The translations under genes were made by a program, and so were the position numbers. A stretch of DNA of 64,000 nt from Octopus vulgaris (taxonomy: Eukaryota), in NCBI GenBank assembly GCA_951406725.2, contig OX597823.1, positions 53,754,001-53,818,000 on the forward strand, read 5' to 3'. How positions within the stretch are numbered: position 1 is the first letter of the stretch; each line of letters begins with the position of its first letter. A model generated the notes under the pieces. That model ran no database searches. It was not told where the DNA came from and saw nothing but the letters and a program-made list of their open reading frames with translations. Below, piece by piece: positions 24,331 through 38,789 of this stretch.

Positions 24331-25605
24331 GGAGGAGACAGTTATAAGTATCTAAAAGTCTTAGAATCTTGCAGAGTTCTATCTATAGAAATGAAAACGA
24401 AAATTGAAAAGGAGTACATCAGAAAGGTAAGGAAGCTGATGAATTCAAAGCTAAATAGTCCGAATCTAGTGAAGGTTGTAAATACTTGCTTAGTATCATT
24501 ACTTAGATACTCAGTAGCTTTTGTAGATTGGACAAAAACTGAATTACCAAAGCTGGACAGAAGAACTAGGAAGGAATTCAATATGAATGGAGACTCCACG
24601 CAAAGGTAGGAGTAGCAAGATTATACTTACCTAGAAAGGAAGGTGGAAGGAGGTTAATATCAGTAGAAGACTTTGTGGAGTTAGCTAGAGTAGATTTAGA
24701 CTCCTATGTAGGTAATAGTGAAAAACGTTTATTGAAAGCTGCTAGAGTCACAGAAAAGCATAGGGAAACCAAAAGCCAAACGAAGTTTAAAAAAACAGAG
24801 AAAAAAATAAAAGTTATATAACTGGCAGGAGAATGTTTTGCATGGAAGATTCCCAAATATAGTTGCGCAAATAGTAGTAGTGAGACATGATTATGGTTGA
24901 AGAAAGGAAGGCTGAAAAAAAAAGACAAAGTTAGACAGCACAAGATCAAGCATTAAGGACTAATTGGATAAAAGCCGAGATAGACAAAAACCAAGTACAT
25001 TCCCAATGTAGGCTACGCAAATCAATAGAGGAAAGCTTACTCGTATTGTAAGTGAATGTAGTATGCTGGCACAGAAAGAATATAAGAAAAGATATGACAA
25101 CCTAGGGAGAGTAATCCACTGGGAGTTATGTAGAAAGCTAGGATTTGAACATACTGATAAATGATATGAACATGAACCTAGTAAAGTACTAGAAAGTAAG
25201 AAGAGTAATAGAAGCTAGAAGGCCTGGTTTAGTAGTAGATAAAGAGAATAGAAAGTGCCAGATAATTGACTTTACAGTTCCAAATGATGAAAAAATCAAT
25301 ATGAGAGGTATAGAAAAAAATAACAAAGTACCAGGTCCTAGCCATTGAATTACAGAGACTATGGAAAGTGCGGGGAAAATGTATCCTAGTAGTTATAGGT
25401 GCATTGGGAACTATCCCTGAAGATTTGAACAGATGAACAGATGAAATAAGCATAAAACCCAGTATAGTACAGCTGCAGAAAACAGTGTTATTAGGGACAG
25501 CTAGGATACTTAGGAGGGTTCTTGGCATCTAAAGTTACTTGTTGTAGCCCGATGTTAGGATTTTTTCTTTTCCAACAGTCTAATCTGTTGTGTGTACATG
25601 AATGA
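24331..25605 (+). mobile_element. Dong/R4-clade retrotransposon, second subfamily, head-to-tail with copy 1
   Basis: YKYL, WTKTELPKLDRRTRK, RLYLPRKEGGR, CRL..IVSEC, KEYKKRYD, RRPGLVVVDK..IIDFTVPND, TVLLGTARILRRVLGI*; many stops and frameshifts. Confidence 0.92.
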
Positions 25606-25771
25606 TAATTATTATTGTGGATGTTGAATGTTATCCACGATAATTAACAACCATATATCAAAGCTTATTATGTCCGGAAAGATACCCTGTGAGACCTCTG
25701 GCAGCAGAATGCTGTCTGCTCTCACAGAATCTAGCAGAGCAAACAAGATCGAGCACTCAGAGAAGTAAAAC

Positions 25772-25847
<76 letters not shown>

Positions 25848-26240
25848 GGGTTTTAAATTTTGGGCACAAACCCTGCAGTTTTTAGAGAGTGGGGTAACTC
25901 GATTGTACTAACCTCCAGTGCTTCACTGGTACTTATTTTGAAATGGTGAAAGGTAAAGTTGACCTTGGCTTAATTTGAAATGAGAAAGAAGCAAGCCGGA
26001 ATAAATATCGCAAAGCACCTTCATCCGACACACCCTAATGATTTTGCCAATCCATCGCCCTTTATCATTTCTAATTTAGGTACATAGTCAGCAATTTTTA
26101 AAGGAGGGGATTAGTCGATACCATCAACCACAGTACTTGACTAGTATTTTATTTTCTATCGACCCCCGAGGATGACAGGCAAAATTCACCTTAGCAGGAT
26201 TTTAACTCAAAACTTAAAGGACCATAATTAAATACCACTC
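25848..26240 (-). mobile_element. Two decayed tandem family A SINEs
   Basis: Degenerate actggtacttatttt..aaggtaaagttgacc motifs occur twice. Confidence 0.6.
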
Positions 26241-26403
26241 AATTGCAAACTTTCGAGCCAGGTCCCCCGGTTTGAGGATAACCTGCTCCCTCCTTCCCAT
26301 CCGTTTTGGAAAACTTAAAACGGATCGGAGGTCCTTCTCTTCCTCCTGACTAGGCAATAGTAGAAACTTACGAAAGTTTTGACGGTTGAAAATAATAAAG
26401 TAA

Positions 26404-26641
26404 TCTTTTACTTTTCACTTTTTTCAGTCAATAGACTGCGACAATGCTCCGTCACCACCTCAAAGAGTTGATGTTTTTTGTGGAACGAATCAACCCTAGT
26501 ACTTTTTTTAAAGCCTGGCACTTACTCTATCAGTCTCTTTTGCTGAACCGCTAGTTGCGGGGACGAAAATGCGCCAACACCGGTTGTCAAGCGGTGGTGG
26601 GGGATAAACACAGACACAAACACACACACACACAGATATAC

Positions 26642-26729
<88 letters not shown>

Positions 26730-26891
26730 GACGGGCTTCTTTTAGTTTCCATCTATTAAATTCACTCACAAGGCTTTGGTTGGCCCGGGCCTATAGTAGA
26801 AGCCACTTATCCAAGGTGCTACGCAGCGGGATTGAATCCGGAAACATATGGTTGGGACGCAAACTTCTTACCACACAGCCAAGCCTGCGCC
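26404..26891 (-). mobile_element. Full-length family B SINE with internal (TA)n
   Basis: Head at the 26891 end, core, TA tract at 26636-26728, 3' half. Confidence 0.9.
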
Positions 26892-27055
26892 GATGTAGAA
26901 CTAACGTGGGGTGGGGTTAATGGGCAGGCGAATGCAAAGCAGTCGTCTAATCTCTAGGCTTTTTGTTTGTATTTACTTAAGCCATTCCACATACACATTA
27001 CCCTTGCATGCAATCATACATATACACATACATATGTACATACATGCATACATAC

Positions 27056-28234
27056 AAAACCGTCTTGGGTTAAATATAGAGAACCCCCTACCGCCACACA
27101 CACATACACTTTATTAAATGCATACATAACCATCAACACAAGGAATAATGGTGAAATATTCCAAGCAAAACCTCTACCAAGTGCAAACATAGCTGGTCGG
27201 ATATTGTTGTGTGGTACAGAAAAAGAAAAGCATGTATCCTCATGGATGTCAGCTGTGCTGCAGTTGAGAAGACCTCTTCAAAAATCAAAGGGAACGATGA
27301 TAACTCTGGACAATTGCTTCGAAACCTTCAGCTTCTATACCCAGAATATAAATTTACATTTCCACTAATTACAATTGTTCGGTGCACTTGGTTTTATGAG
27401 TAAATGCCTAATTGACAATCTGGAAAATCTGGGGGTTTTAGTAAAAGAAAACAAACACGCACATTGCAAGTCCGCCCTTGAGTATAATACGCAGGGAATT
27501 TTTAGGGAGCTGTACCTCTGAAAAACCTAAACCTTATGTATAATACGCACCCCTTCTCTTACTTGAGTCAAGGAGGTCTATATAACGTCCTTGGTTTGTA
27601 AAAATGTATACGGTAACGTCCTTTATTATTATTGTATATATAACATAATGCAAACGTGTAGCTTTTTTGTGCATTCTGTTTGCAGAAAATAAAGAAATAA
27701 CAGTAATAACAGTAATAACGTTTAATAAATGTTGCTTACTGCAAGTTATGGATGATTTTTTAATGACTTCATTGCTTTCAGGCTTAGCTTAAGGTATTTT
27801 CGCGCCCGACATCACAAAATGTGTCTGAATAAACATTGCCGGGCAGCAAATAGAGACTTGGACATTGCTCAGAAAATAATTTTCATTTTTAACCTCGTAT
27901 ATCGTACACTCTAGATGGAGATCTGTATCTTTGATAGAAACCAGCGCCATCCTTACAGGAAAATTTCAAAAACTAGAACAGAACTGGCAGTAAATGCCTA
28001 GGTAACAAACAATTTAGGTAAACTAGAGTTTTCAGAAAAAGAAATCAATCAACTAACTCGCACATTACAAATACAATCTGTGAGTGGAACAGTAAAAATA
28101 CGCAAGACCTTTCTCGAGTTTAAAATGAGACATTGTTTTCGTTATCTACATTCCAACGATAAAGCTTTGAATCTTTGTGAGAAACCAACTCCTTCCTCAG
28201 AGGAAGAATTCAAATAATTAAAAACAAAAGAGAA
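27056..28234 (+). mobile_element. (CATA)n-associated RLE retrotransposon in two pieces (27056-27470 and ~27985-28234)
   Basis: SDIVVWYRKRKACILMDVSC..GQLLRNLQLLYPEYKFTF..GALG; the 3' UTR ending aaaacaaaagagaa matches 42700-42814. Confidence 0.8.
27470..27910. mobile_element. Possible Tc2/pogo-type DNA transposon remnant interrupting the RLE element
   Basis: Repeated GTATAATACGCA motif at ~27482 and ~27538, similar to Tc2-type subterminal repeats (recalled). Confidence 0.4.
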
Positions 28235-28238
28235 CATG

Positions 28239-28292
<54 letters not shown>

Positions 28293-28332
28293 TACATACA
28301 TACATACATACATGTAAATGAATTTATGTTCC

Positions 28333-28544
28333 TCTTTTACTCTTTCACACATTTCAGTCATTTGACAATGGCCATGCTGGAGCATTGCCTTTTTAGTCGA
28401 GCAAATCGACCCCAGGACTAATTCTTTGTAAGCCTAGTACTTATTCTATCGGTCTCTTTTGCCGAACCGCTAAGTTACGGGGACGTAAACACACCAGCAT
28501 CACAGTTGTCAAGCGATGTTGGGAGAACAAACACAGACACACAA

Positions 28545-28623
<79 letters not shown>

Positions 28624-28794
28624 CATATATACAATGGGCTTCTTTCAGTTTTCGTCTACCAAATCCACTCACAAGGATTTGGGTGGCCAGAGGCTATAGT
28701 AGAAGACACTTTCCCAAGGTGCCATGCAGTAGGACTGAACCCGGAACCATGTGGTTGGTAAGCAAGCTACTTACCACACAGTCACTCCTACGCC
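28333..28794 (-). mobile_element. Full-length family B SINE
   Basis: Near-consensus head, core and tail; internal CA+TA tract at 28545-28632. Confidence 0.92.
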
Positions 28795-29383
28795 TATAAT
28801 TATTTGCTCATTTGTCTATGTTCGTAAATGCTTATGAGACAATCTTTATAATCCAGGATTCTCAGTCAAAGAAAAAAGGAGCTAAGAAGCATTTTATAAA
28901 TACACTCTTTTAATAGAGAAGTAAATATAGACAAAACTTCTCTAAAATTCGGCATGTAATATCGTTTTTGTTATCAAATTCTTGCGATGAAGCTTTGTTT
29001 TTTGTTGTTGTTTTTTTTTTCCCATAGAAACAAGCTCCCCTTCCATGGAAAGAATTCAAATAATTCACACAAAAAGAAAGAGGAAAGAAACAACATACAT
29101 CACCGTCAACGGCAGACGTACAGGTATAGAGAACCACCGTTTAAACCGTGTTTTCGGACGTTTCCCTCTACAATTAGCCGACCTAACCCGACACAGATCA
29201 GGTAGATAAGCAACTGATTATTTAGTGATGCGGCAGGGTGGTGGAGGCATGAATGAGAGAACCACAGTTTATTTACCAATTTAACATTACTCTGACAGAT
29301 TTAAAAATTACTTTTTCACCACATCAGATCTCTCTTACGATGTTGGCAAACATTCATAAATCCATACATAGATTCATGCACTC

Positions 29384-29414
<31 letters not shown>

Positions 29415-29611
29415 CATACATACATACATACATACATACATACATACATACATACATACATACAAGCATGCATTTCTTCATAGATACACGCACCTGCATA
29501 AACAACCACACACGTGCACACACGCGCGCACACACACACACACGCACCACCCTGTGTCTTTAGCACGTATAACCAATAAAAGAAATCATCATCATCATCA
29601 TTATTATTATT

Positions 29612-30161
29612 GAGAGAACAGCGCATGTTATTAAAGTGACGCTGGAGTACAAATATGCGAAATCCAATATACCCATCATGACTACCTGTTTGATAAAAGT
29701 ACACCAGGCACATGCATCAGGACCATATTTGTGCGACATGGTGATCTCATATCAAGATAAACAGAGCATAACCTTGTAGGTGGGGGCCCAGTTAGATTTT
29801 TCATCAAGTCAAGAAGCCCATCCCACTCAAACGGTCCTTGAATAAGGGTTGCTTAAGGATGTTGAACGAAACACCCATGTTTCCAGAGACGAATTATTCA
29901 AACCCCAAATAATTCCTCTTAGCACATGACTATGATGCTCCCCCACTACTTTTGCTCGTGATCAGGAATGCACATATCGTCAGCCACTAAGGGGTATGTT
30001 CAACTGGTTAAGGTCAAACGACCGACAAACAAATCTGTGGTATTGAGCAGAATATTTGCTGTAGACCATCTTTTATACCAAGACAAAACAATGTACATGA
30101 TAATACTTCCAATCAGTTAAGATCAAAAGCCATGAGAGTCACTGCCTGGTACTGCATCAGG
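29612..30161 (-). mobile_element. ~550-bp non-coding element flanked by (TAA)n
   Basis: Reverse complement colinear end to end with 48244-48791; ATT/ATC repeats on both sides. Confidence 0.85.
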
Positions 30162-30576
30162 AAATTATCATTATTATCATTATTATTTTTATTAGCCGAG
30201 AATCTACTGTGATTCAAGGACCCAGAGGTTCTTGCCAATACATTTATTGGTTACTCAAAAATAAAAACCTTGCTTTGAGTAATGACTTTTAATTCCTCTG
30301 CTTCTAAACTCAAACGCACACACACACACATGCCCATGCACATGTGCGTATTATTTACATATGTATAAGGAGAGAGTAAGTATGCGTAATTTGTTTGTTT
30401 ATGTGGAGATGATATTTGTTTTTTTTTAAGACTATAAATATGTATACGTTGTTTGTAAACTTTGTAAGAGTTTACACTTTGAGCACATTTAATTATAGTT
30501 TGTATAAGCACACATACATACATACATACATACATACATACATACATACATACATACATACACATACATACATACA

Positions 30577-30846
30577 CTTTCAGCGTCATACCTATTATTA
30601 CTGGAGCAACAGGGTACATACCAACCCGTTTGGAGTAAAGTGTAGCTAAACTTGGGTTCTTGAGGAGAGAAGACAAATCTTTATTTCATACGCTACAAAT
30701 GATCACGATATGTGAGACTATAAAAATCTGCAAGACCTTCTTAAGATTTAAAGGACGATGAACAAAACAACATGTTTTCTTTCATAATCTTACTACAAAC
30801 TAGGTGGCCAGTCAAAATTTATTCTGAATTAAAAAGAGAAAGAGAA
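30577..30846 (+). mobile_element. (CATA)n-embedded RLE retrotransposon 3' end
   Basis: FSVIPIITGATGYIP..LGF..TLQ..TIKICKTFLRFK; ends aaaagagaaagagaa then CATA repeats; (CATA)n also immediately 5'. Confidence 0.78.
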
Positions 30847-30888
30847 CATACATACATACAAACATACATATACTCATGCATACATGTA

Positions 30889-30967
<79 letters not shown>

Positions 30968-31019
30968 GTGTGTGTGATGTGTGTATATATATATATATAT
31001 ATATACATGTTGTGTGTGT

Positions 31020-31066
<47 letters not shown>

Positions 31067-31096
31067 ATATACATGTATGTGTGTGTGTGATGTGTG

Positions 31097-31127
<31 letters not shown>

Positions 31128-32278
31128 CACATACATACACGCATACAGACGCACGTATACGTATGTAATTTATCATTTTGCGCACGAAGGTGGCGGGACG
31201 GCTTGTGAGATTTATATATATGCGGCCTTACACCTTCCGTTCGCCTGCAGTTATGCATACTAGCAAAAATGTCTGTAAAAGAACAACAGAGGTACAAAGA
31301 CAAAAATAATAAAAGCAAGATAACCGGATAGAAACGGGTGATATTACGTAAAACCTGACAAAAATAGTGAAAGAAGTTTGTTTTACCTATATAGAATACA
31401 CTCGAGTTTTGAAGTATATGTTCATGCAGGTGTTGTGTGTCAAGCTTAACTCCAGGGTAATTGTTCTTACTCAGCGAATTCATTTCCATCATTAAAGAAT
31501 ACCTAGCGGTCTAGAAACAGCTTGGCTGTCTCTAGAAACAATTTGTTTTTAAGCGAAAACAATTCATGTTTCTCGGAGAAACGTCGGTTTTCTATTTAAG
31601 AGTTGCCATCCTGTTAACTACGTTAACTACCGCCGTGGTGAAGTTCGAAACATTGTCTTTTCGAATCTTGTTTATTTTCATGTCGAACCGACTAATGGCG
31701 GTTTTAATGAAACCATACTCCACTTTTGATAAATGCTTGTCGTTAACATAGTTATAGTTACCATACTTGAGACATATCGGTGAAATAGTTGACGTCGTCT
31801 TCCGGGCTCGTACGTCGTGGATTCGTGGATATTGTTTTGTGTTCTTAATTAATTCCCGATCTGACTTCTCCACGCAGCATTTTCTATCGGATATTCCGAA
31901 ACCCTGGATACCACTAATTTGTCAAGACATGTTATATTTTTAAGACTTCATCATTTATATATTTATTAATCTTTTTATATTATCATCATTATTGTTATTA
32001 CCTTAATCCTTTTGTATTCCAAGATGTTAGCTTGTATTAATATATATGTGAGTCAATACTGATGTTTGCTTTCCAGTATATGTGTATGTATGTTTGTACA
32101 TATTTATATATGTGTATATGAATGTATAGCGATGCGTATGTGTATTAATATACTTGTGCTGATAGACTTAAAGCTATTTAAGTGTAGGTGTACGTACGAT
32201 TAGGAGCAAGTTTTTATCTAGGTACGTATAATGTAAACATGTATGAGTTTTGTGAATTTCTCTCTCTCTCTTTCTCTT

Positions 32279-32309
<31 letters not shown>

Positions 32310-32318
32310 TTCTCTCTC

Positions 32319-32377
<59 letters not shown>

Positions 32378-32671
32378 GTGTATGTGCTATATTTCTTTTC
32401 TAATTATTTGGATTCTTTCAATGGAAAAGAGCTGGCCTCTTACAAACAACTCGCCACTGGATGCAATTATAGATAAAAACAACGGTGAAGTGGTACATAT
32501 AGAATATTTTAAAAGTCTTCCATATTTCAACGATATGCGGTCTTCTGGGTTTCTTTTTTTTTATTTCCGGGATTTTATTTCTAAAATGTAAATTAAATAG
32601 TGAACGAGCAAGTTTTCAAACCGTCGAACAAGGCTCTTTCATTGAAATTTAGACAACGTTAACAGGGATAG

Positions 32672-32720
<49 letters not shown>

Positions 32721-33329
32721 ATAAACCTTTACATAAATAAATAACGTGAAATACACGAAGGGACGAACAAAAAGACAAACGGGTCATTCAAAGCCTTCAT
32801 TCTTCAGTCAGAAACTGATCCCTCATCGCAGATTTCGGCTGTTTATATATATATACAGCTGCGTTCATATGAATGTATGTGCATACACACAACTGGATAT
32901 GTTATCTAGATGTATAGACATGTGTATGTGTATACATGTATGTATGCATGTATGTATGCACATATGTATGTATGCATGCATGTATGAATTTACACGTATT
33001 TGTTAGTGTACAATATCTTTGTTCGTCTGTATTTTTACAGTCTTCATCGTTTCAATTTCTTAATATTTTTCCATTTTCTTTTTTTTTTTTTTAGATGCTT
33101 TTCAAAATCAAAAATTAAACACACTGTTGGGATATATATATTTATATATTTTCAGAAATGTATAAACAGTCCGGCGTGTATTTTAGTCTGTTAAATAGCA
33201 GTACAGCTGCATAGATACAGTCAAATTGTTTACGATGTGGATTAAAGCCAAGGCGAGACAGGCTGAAAATGCACTGGCAAAAATGTATCCGAATTACAGT
33301 AGCGCTAATTAAATAATAATATCAATAGC

Positions 33330-33381
<52 letters not shown>

Positions 33382-33383
33382 TC

Positions 33384-33429
<46 letters not shown>

Positions 33430-33618
33430 TTTTTTTTTTTAAAAAGGGTGATGAGGAAAACCGTGATGTAATGCTATTGCTTAACTGACAATGTCACTTC
33501 TTGCAGCATCTACTGATCTCCACTCTTCTTCTTCTTCCGCTCCTTCTACCAACCACTACCACAACCATTATCATCACCGTGTACTTCTACAACATACATA
33601 TACAATTATATATGTGTG

Positions 33619-33649
<31 letters not shown>

Positions 33650-33682
33650 TTATGTATGTATCTTATATATATATATATATAT

Positions 33683-33805
<123 letters not shown>

Positions 33806-33905
33806 GTATATATATACATATATAATCTTTTGTGTTATTCAAATATGAAAAGTGCTTCACCCTACAGGATTTTTTAAGTATGTGTGTAAGTGCGCGCGCG
33901 CTCGC

Positions 33906-33944
<39 letters not shown>

Positions 33945-34522
33945 CGTGTGTAAATTTATAAAACTATGGAAATTACAAATCACGACCCGTGGTTTCATCT
34001 GGACGATCGGGTGTACACATCATTGTGTTGGATAGCCATAAAATTATGACCTATATATAGGTCATCGTATGGGTCACGGTTGGAAAGGTTTTCACTGCTA
34101 AGTTAGTGCTGGTCTGGTCTGGTCTGGTCTGGTCTGCGATAAACAAAAATAGCAATATACGTGTGTGCATCTGTGTGCGTACATACATATATACATATAT
34201 ATATTTATGTACATGTATGTATGTAGGTATGTATGTATGTATGTAGGAAATAACTTTATTAAAAATTCATTTGTTTTAAAGTGCATCCATTGAAGCGACA
34301 ACAATTCCGAAATTTTATGTGGACAGACACAGCGTGCACTCGCGCGGGGGCGTGATTACAGACAAGTTACGCACATACACAGACATAAACATCAATGCAC
34401 ATAAAAATAAATGTAAGCATAAAAGCTGGTTGACTAAGACAGTGTTATCGAAAGCGCATAGGTATAACTATAGAAAACATAAAACAAAATGACATAGATA
34501 TGCACAAGCACACACACATATA

Positions 34523-34559
<37 letters not shown>

Positions 34560-34592
34560 GTGTGTGTGCACATGTGTGTATGCATTTGTGTA

Positions 34593-34625
<33 letters not shown>

Positions 34626-34659
34626 GCATGCATATATGCATGCATGCATACATACGTAC

Positions 34660-35320
34660 GTACTAGTTGACTGTAAGCTCCTCAAGAAGCACTCTCTTCC
34701 TGATGATCTCCTATACAGCCCCAAAACAGCTGGGCTCTCTTACCTCAGAGAAGATCTCAGCATACAAAAAAGAAAAAGACTATGCAAAGATATGTTGCCC
34801 AGAAGCTTGAAGAAGACAGTAGAATTGACAGAGTAGAATGACCACTACATCACACTTTGAAGGTTATGCGTTTGCAATCCAGGAACAGGAGAGATTGCAT
34901 CAAAGTACCTTGTGAACAAGAGAGACAGTGACGATCTTGTAATCCCAAAGTGAAACGCACGTGTAAGCTATGTCATGTTTCTTTGGAAAACATTACCCAT
35001 GTGATTAGCAGCTGTCCTAAAATATCGTCACGGTACTACCTCCCTATGAGGCACGATGTTGTTGCTAAATCAATTTACAATGCCATCTGCAAGAAAGACT
35101 GTCCTGAAATAAACTTAGAAAATCCTTCTGTTATGGATTACATTCATTAACACCAACTCAAGGAATACTGGTGGAATATTCCCATAAAAATTTCTGGCAA
35201 ATGTAAACATAACAGGCTGGATATTGTTGTTTGGGACAGAGGGGCAAAGGTATGTACCATTATAGAGGGTGTACCATTATAGAGGTATGTACCATTATAG
35301 AGGTATGTACCATTATAGAG
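34660..35320 (+). mobile_element. RLE retrotransposon internal fragment of the (CATA)n family
   Basis: SHFEGYAFAIQEQE, CKLCHVSLENITHVISSC (CCHC), RYYLPMRHD, EYWWNIPIK, KCKHNRLDIVVWDR; preceded by a CATA-type tract. Confidence 0.88.
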
Positions 35321-35338
35321 GGTGAGACAAGATATCTC

Positions 35339-35512
35339 CAATAGCGTAGCTGATAAGGGAGGGGAGAGGACCATCCACCCCGGGCAACGCTTTTATGGTG
35401 GAGAGAAGGGAACACTTTGGGGATCTACTATATAAATTGCAGAAGCTTGGAGACCAGTGGAGCGGAAAACTTAAGGCCTGCTCCGAGCGAAACACACTCT
35501 AACTACGCCATA
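35339..35512. mobile_element. Short MITE-like remnant
   Basis: agcgtagct at the left and aactacgcca at the right (CAGTGGCGTAGC-type TIR relics). Confidence 0.4.
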
Positions 35513-36220
35513 TGCAAGTGAGCACCATGTTCGAAATTCTGACTCTTCCGGCATCCTATGCCGCTGGATTGGTAGTTTTTTACCGTCTCCAAAAGAGATT
35601 GAAATGCAAAGTTGATCTCAAATGGATTTGATCTAAAAGCGGAAGAAGACGGGTCAGCTAACACTAGCTACCCTGGCCGACGCTCTAACGATTTCATCAA
35701 TTCGACGACTAAACTATCATATTTTACAAGTATTAACATATTAATGTGAGTAGGGACTGCCCTACATTTGTAACAGGAAGCCTCATCTCTCATACTTAAG
35801 CATACGCCTATGTAATTACTTACTCACATACATACACACATACATGCTTATATACATACACATGCATACATACACTCACACATACACATACATACATACA
35901 TACATACATACATGCATGCATACATACGCACGTACGTACACGCACACATACATACATACATACGCACGTACGTACATACATACATACATACATACATACA
36001 TACATACATACATACATACATACATACATGCATACATGCATACACACACATGCATACATATATACATACATACACATACACATGCATGCATGCATGCATA
36101 CATACATACATACATACATACATACATACATACATACATACATACATACATACATACATACATACATACGTACGTACGTGCATACGTGCATACGTGCATA
36201 CATGCGCAAACATATATGCA

Positions 36221-36485
36221 TACGTGCCAGCGGCACGTAAAAAGCACCATCCGAACGCGATCGACGCCATGACCGCCTGACTGGCCCCCGTGCCGGTGGC
36301 ACGTAAAAGGCACCCACTACACTCTCGGAGTGGTTGGAGTTAGGAAGGGTATCCAGCTGTAGAAACATTGCCAGATCAGATTGGAGCCTGGTGCAGCCAC
36401 TGGCGCTCCAGACCTCGGTCAAACCGTCCAACCCATGCCAGCATGAAAAGCGGACGTTAAACGATGATGACGAAGAAGATGATGA
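36221..36485 (+). mobile_element. SINE 3' body with (GAT)n tail
   Basis: Two cgtgcc.g.ggcacgtaaaa.gcacc repeats, ggaagggtatccagctgtagaaac, end gcggacgttaaacgatgatga; lies inside CATA tracts. Confidence 0.75.
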
Positions 36486-36890
36486 CACACACATACATAT
36501 ATACAAATATACACATATATACATACATGCACACACACATACATACACACATATACATACACACATATACATACACACATACGTACACACATACATACAT
36601 GCATACATACATGCATACATACATACATACATACATACATACATACATAGTTAATACACACAGATACGTACGTACATACATACATACATACATACATGCA
36701 TATATACATACAGACATACATACATGCATACATACATGCATGCATGCATACATACACTTAGGTACAATCTATATCAATGCATACACATAAAAGCACAAAC
36801 ACACCTACACACACATAAATACACACACACATATATATGTGTGTGTGTGTGTGCGCGCGCGTGTATGCATGTATGTATGTTTACAAATAC

Positions 36891-36961
<71 letters not shown>

Positions 36962-37062
36962 AAGATAGATAGATAGGTAGACAGACAGACAGACAGACAG
37001 GTAGGTAGGTAGGTAGGTAGGTAGGTAGGCAGGCAAGCAGACAGACAGACAGACAGACAGAC

Positions 37063-37137
<75 letters not shown>

Positions 37138-37514
37138 CAGACAGATAATCTGTATATGATTGTGTTTATTGTTTATAATCATTAAAACTGCAGTGTTAAG
37201 TCGCCATAAACTTTCAGATTGTCTGAAGATGTTCGGTTTATTTATAGTTCGAAGGTCACGTGAGATTGATAAAGTCCATCGATCTGCAAGCTAATAATGT
37301 GTGCGTGTGTGTGCTTGTGTTCGTGCGTGTGTGTATGCTTTTGTGTGCGTGTGTGTGTGTGTGTGTGTACACACACATATTTACGTACATAATGTTTTCT
37401 AAAGGAAATTTTTTTCTGAAACTGTTATTACCCTTCTGTCCCGGGAAATTTTAAATATTTTTCTGAATTGATAATATATATATATTCCCGCGCGCACGCA
37501 CGCACACACACGTT

Positions 37515-37613
<99 letters not shown>

Positions 37614-37757
37614 ATTTATGTAAATATATGTGCACGTGTGTGTGTATATATATACGTATGTATATGTATTTATATGTGTGTGTGTGTGTGTGTGTACACA
37701 TACATATCTTCGTGTGCATGTGTGTTTATACGTACATATATATATATATATATATAT

Positions 37758-37827
<70 letters not shown>

Positions 37828-37828
37828 G

Positions 37829-38166
37829 CATTTCTGACCAAGCGCCATCAGAACATAATACAAGGTAGTCAGCTTATCCAAACTTATATAGACGAATGAA
37901 ATTCATACTTTCCCTCCAAGTTTACCATGGGCGTCACAAGATAGTACCGCAAAAAGAGATCCACAGTTTTTTTTTTGTTTATTTTTTGGTTACCATAGCA
38001 GTTTTTTTTTTTCTTTTTGATAAAAAAAATGCGGATCTCTCTCTGTGGTACTATCTTGTGACGCACATGGTAAACTTGGAGAGAAAGTATGAATTTCACT
38101 CGTCTATATAAGTTTGGATATGCTGACTACCTTGTGCTATGTTCTGATGGCGCTTGGTCGGAAATG
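37829..38166. repeat. ~145-bp imperfect inverted repeat with ~45-bp spacer
   Basis: 37829-~37976 matches the reverse complement of ~38022-38166; the two arms give near-identical MKFILSLQVYH ORFs on opposite strands. Confidence 0.92.
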
Positions 38167-38789
38167 GAAAGGGTAAGTTTTCTAGCATTTTCAAATTTAT
38201 AATTCTCGAAATATTACGTTGACAAAGGAAATGAATTTTTATAATTCTAATCCAGAAACGCGTCCATAATTAATCGAATACTGTTTGATTTCATTATTTT
38301 CCTTCTTTTTCGACCTATGTGAGTTACAGATATTGTTATCAGTGCAGTCATATTTTGAAGTGGAAAGAAATAACGGTCTTTTGTGTGCTATAAGCAACAA
38401 GTTGCTAAACCCTTCATTATTGTTATATATATATATATATATCTCTTATTATAAAAGGCAGATTTTATCTGCCTCCCTTTGGGAGTTATACAAATCTACA
38501 ATATAGGATTTCTTCAATTACAATTTACCTAGCATTTTTAAGAGTACAATGCATCGCGTCATGCCAGGTCCAGTTTTTAAAATTTAAACTCCAATTAAGC
38601 AAAATTTACAGAAAACTCACATTCTGGTGTGTGTGTCAAATGCTTTTCTTAGTCTGGTTTACACCACACGCAAACGCACACACACACAAAGGGAGCGAAT
38701 TGTTTCACTGACGCTATCACCCTTCTCCTCCTTTGTCTTTGCAAGTTGGCAGCTATTAAAGTGAAAACAGTGAATCCGACAGCGATTAA

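Noticed and set aside
31490-31550. GAAACAGC-ttg-GCTGTC resembling hammerhead helix III with GUC
   Set aside because: No CUGANGA or stem I partner upstream
34047-34066. Perfect 20-bp palindrome atgacctatatataggtcat
   Set aside because: Centred on a TA run and isolated; no further support for function
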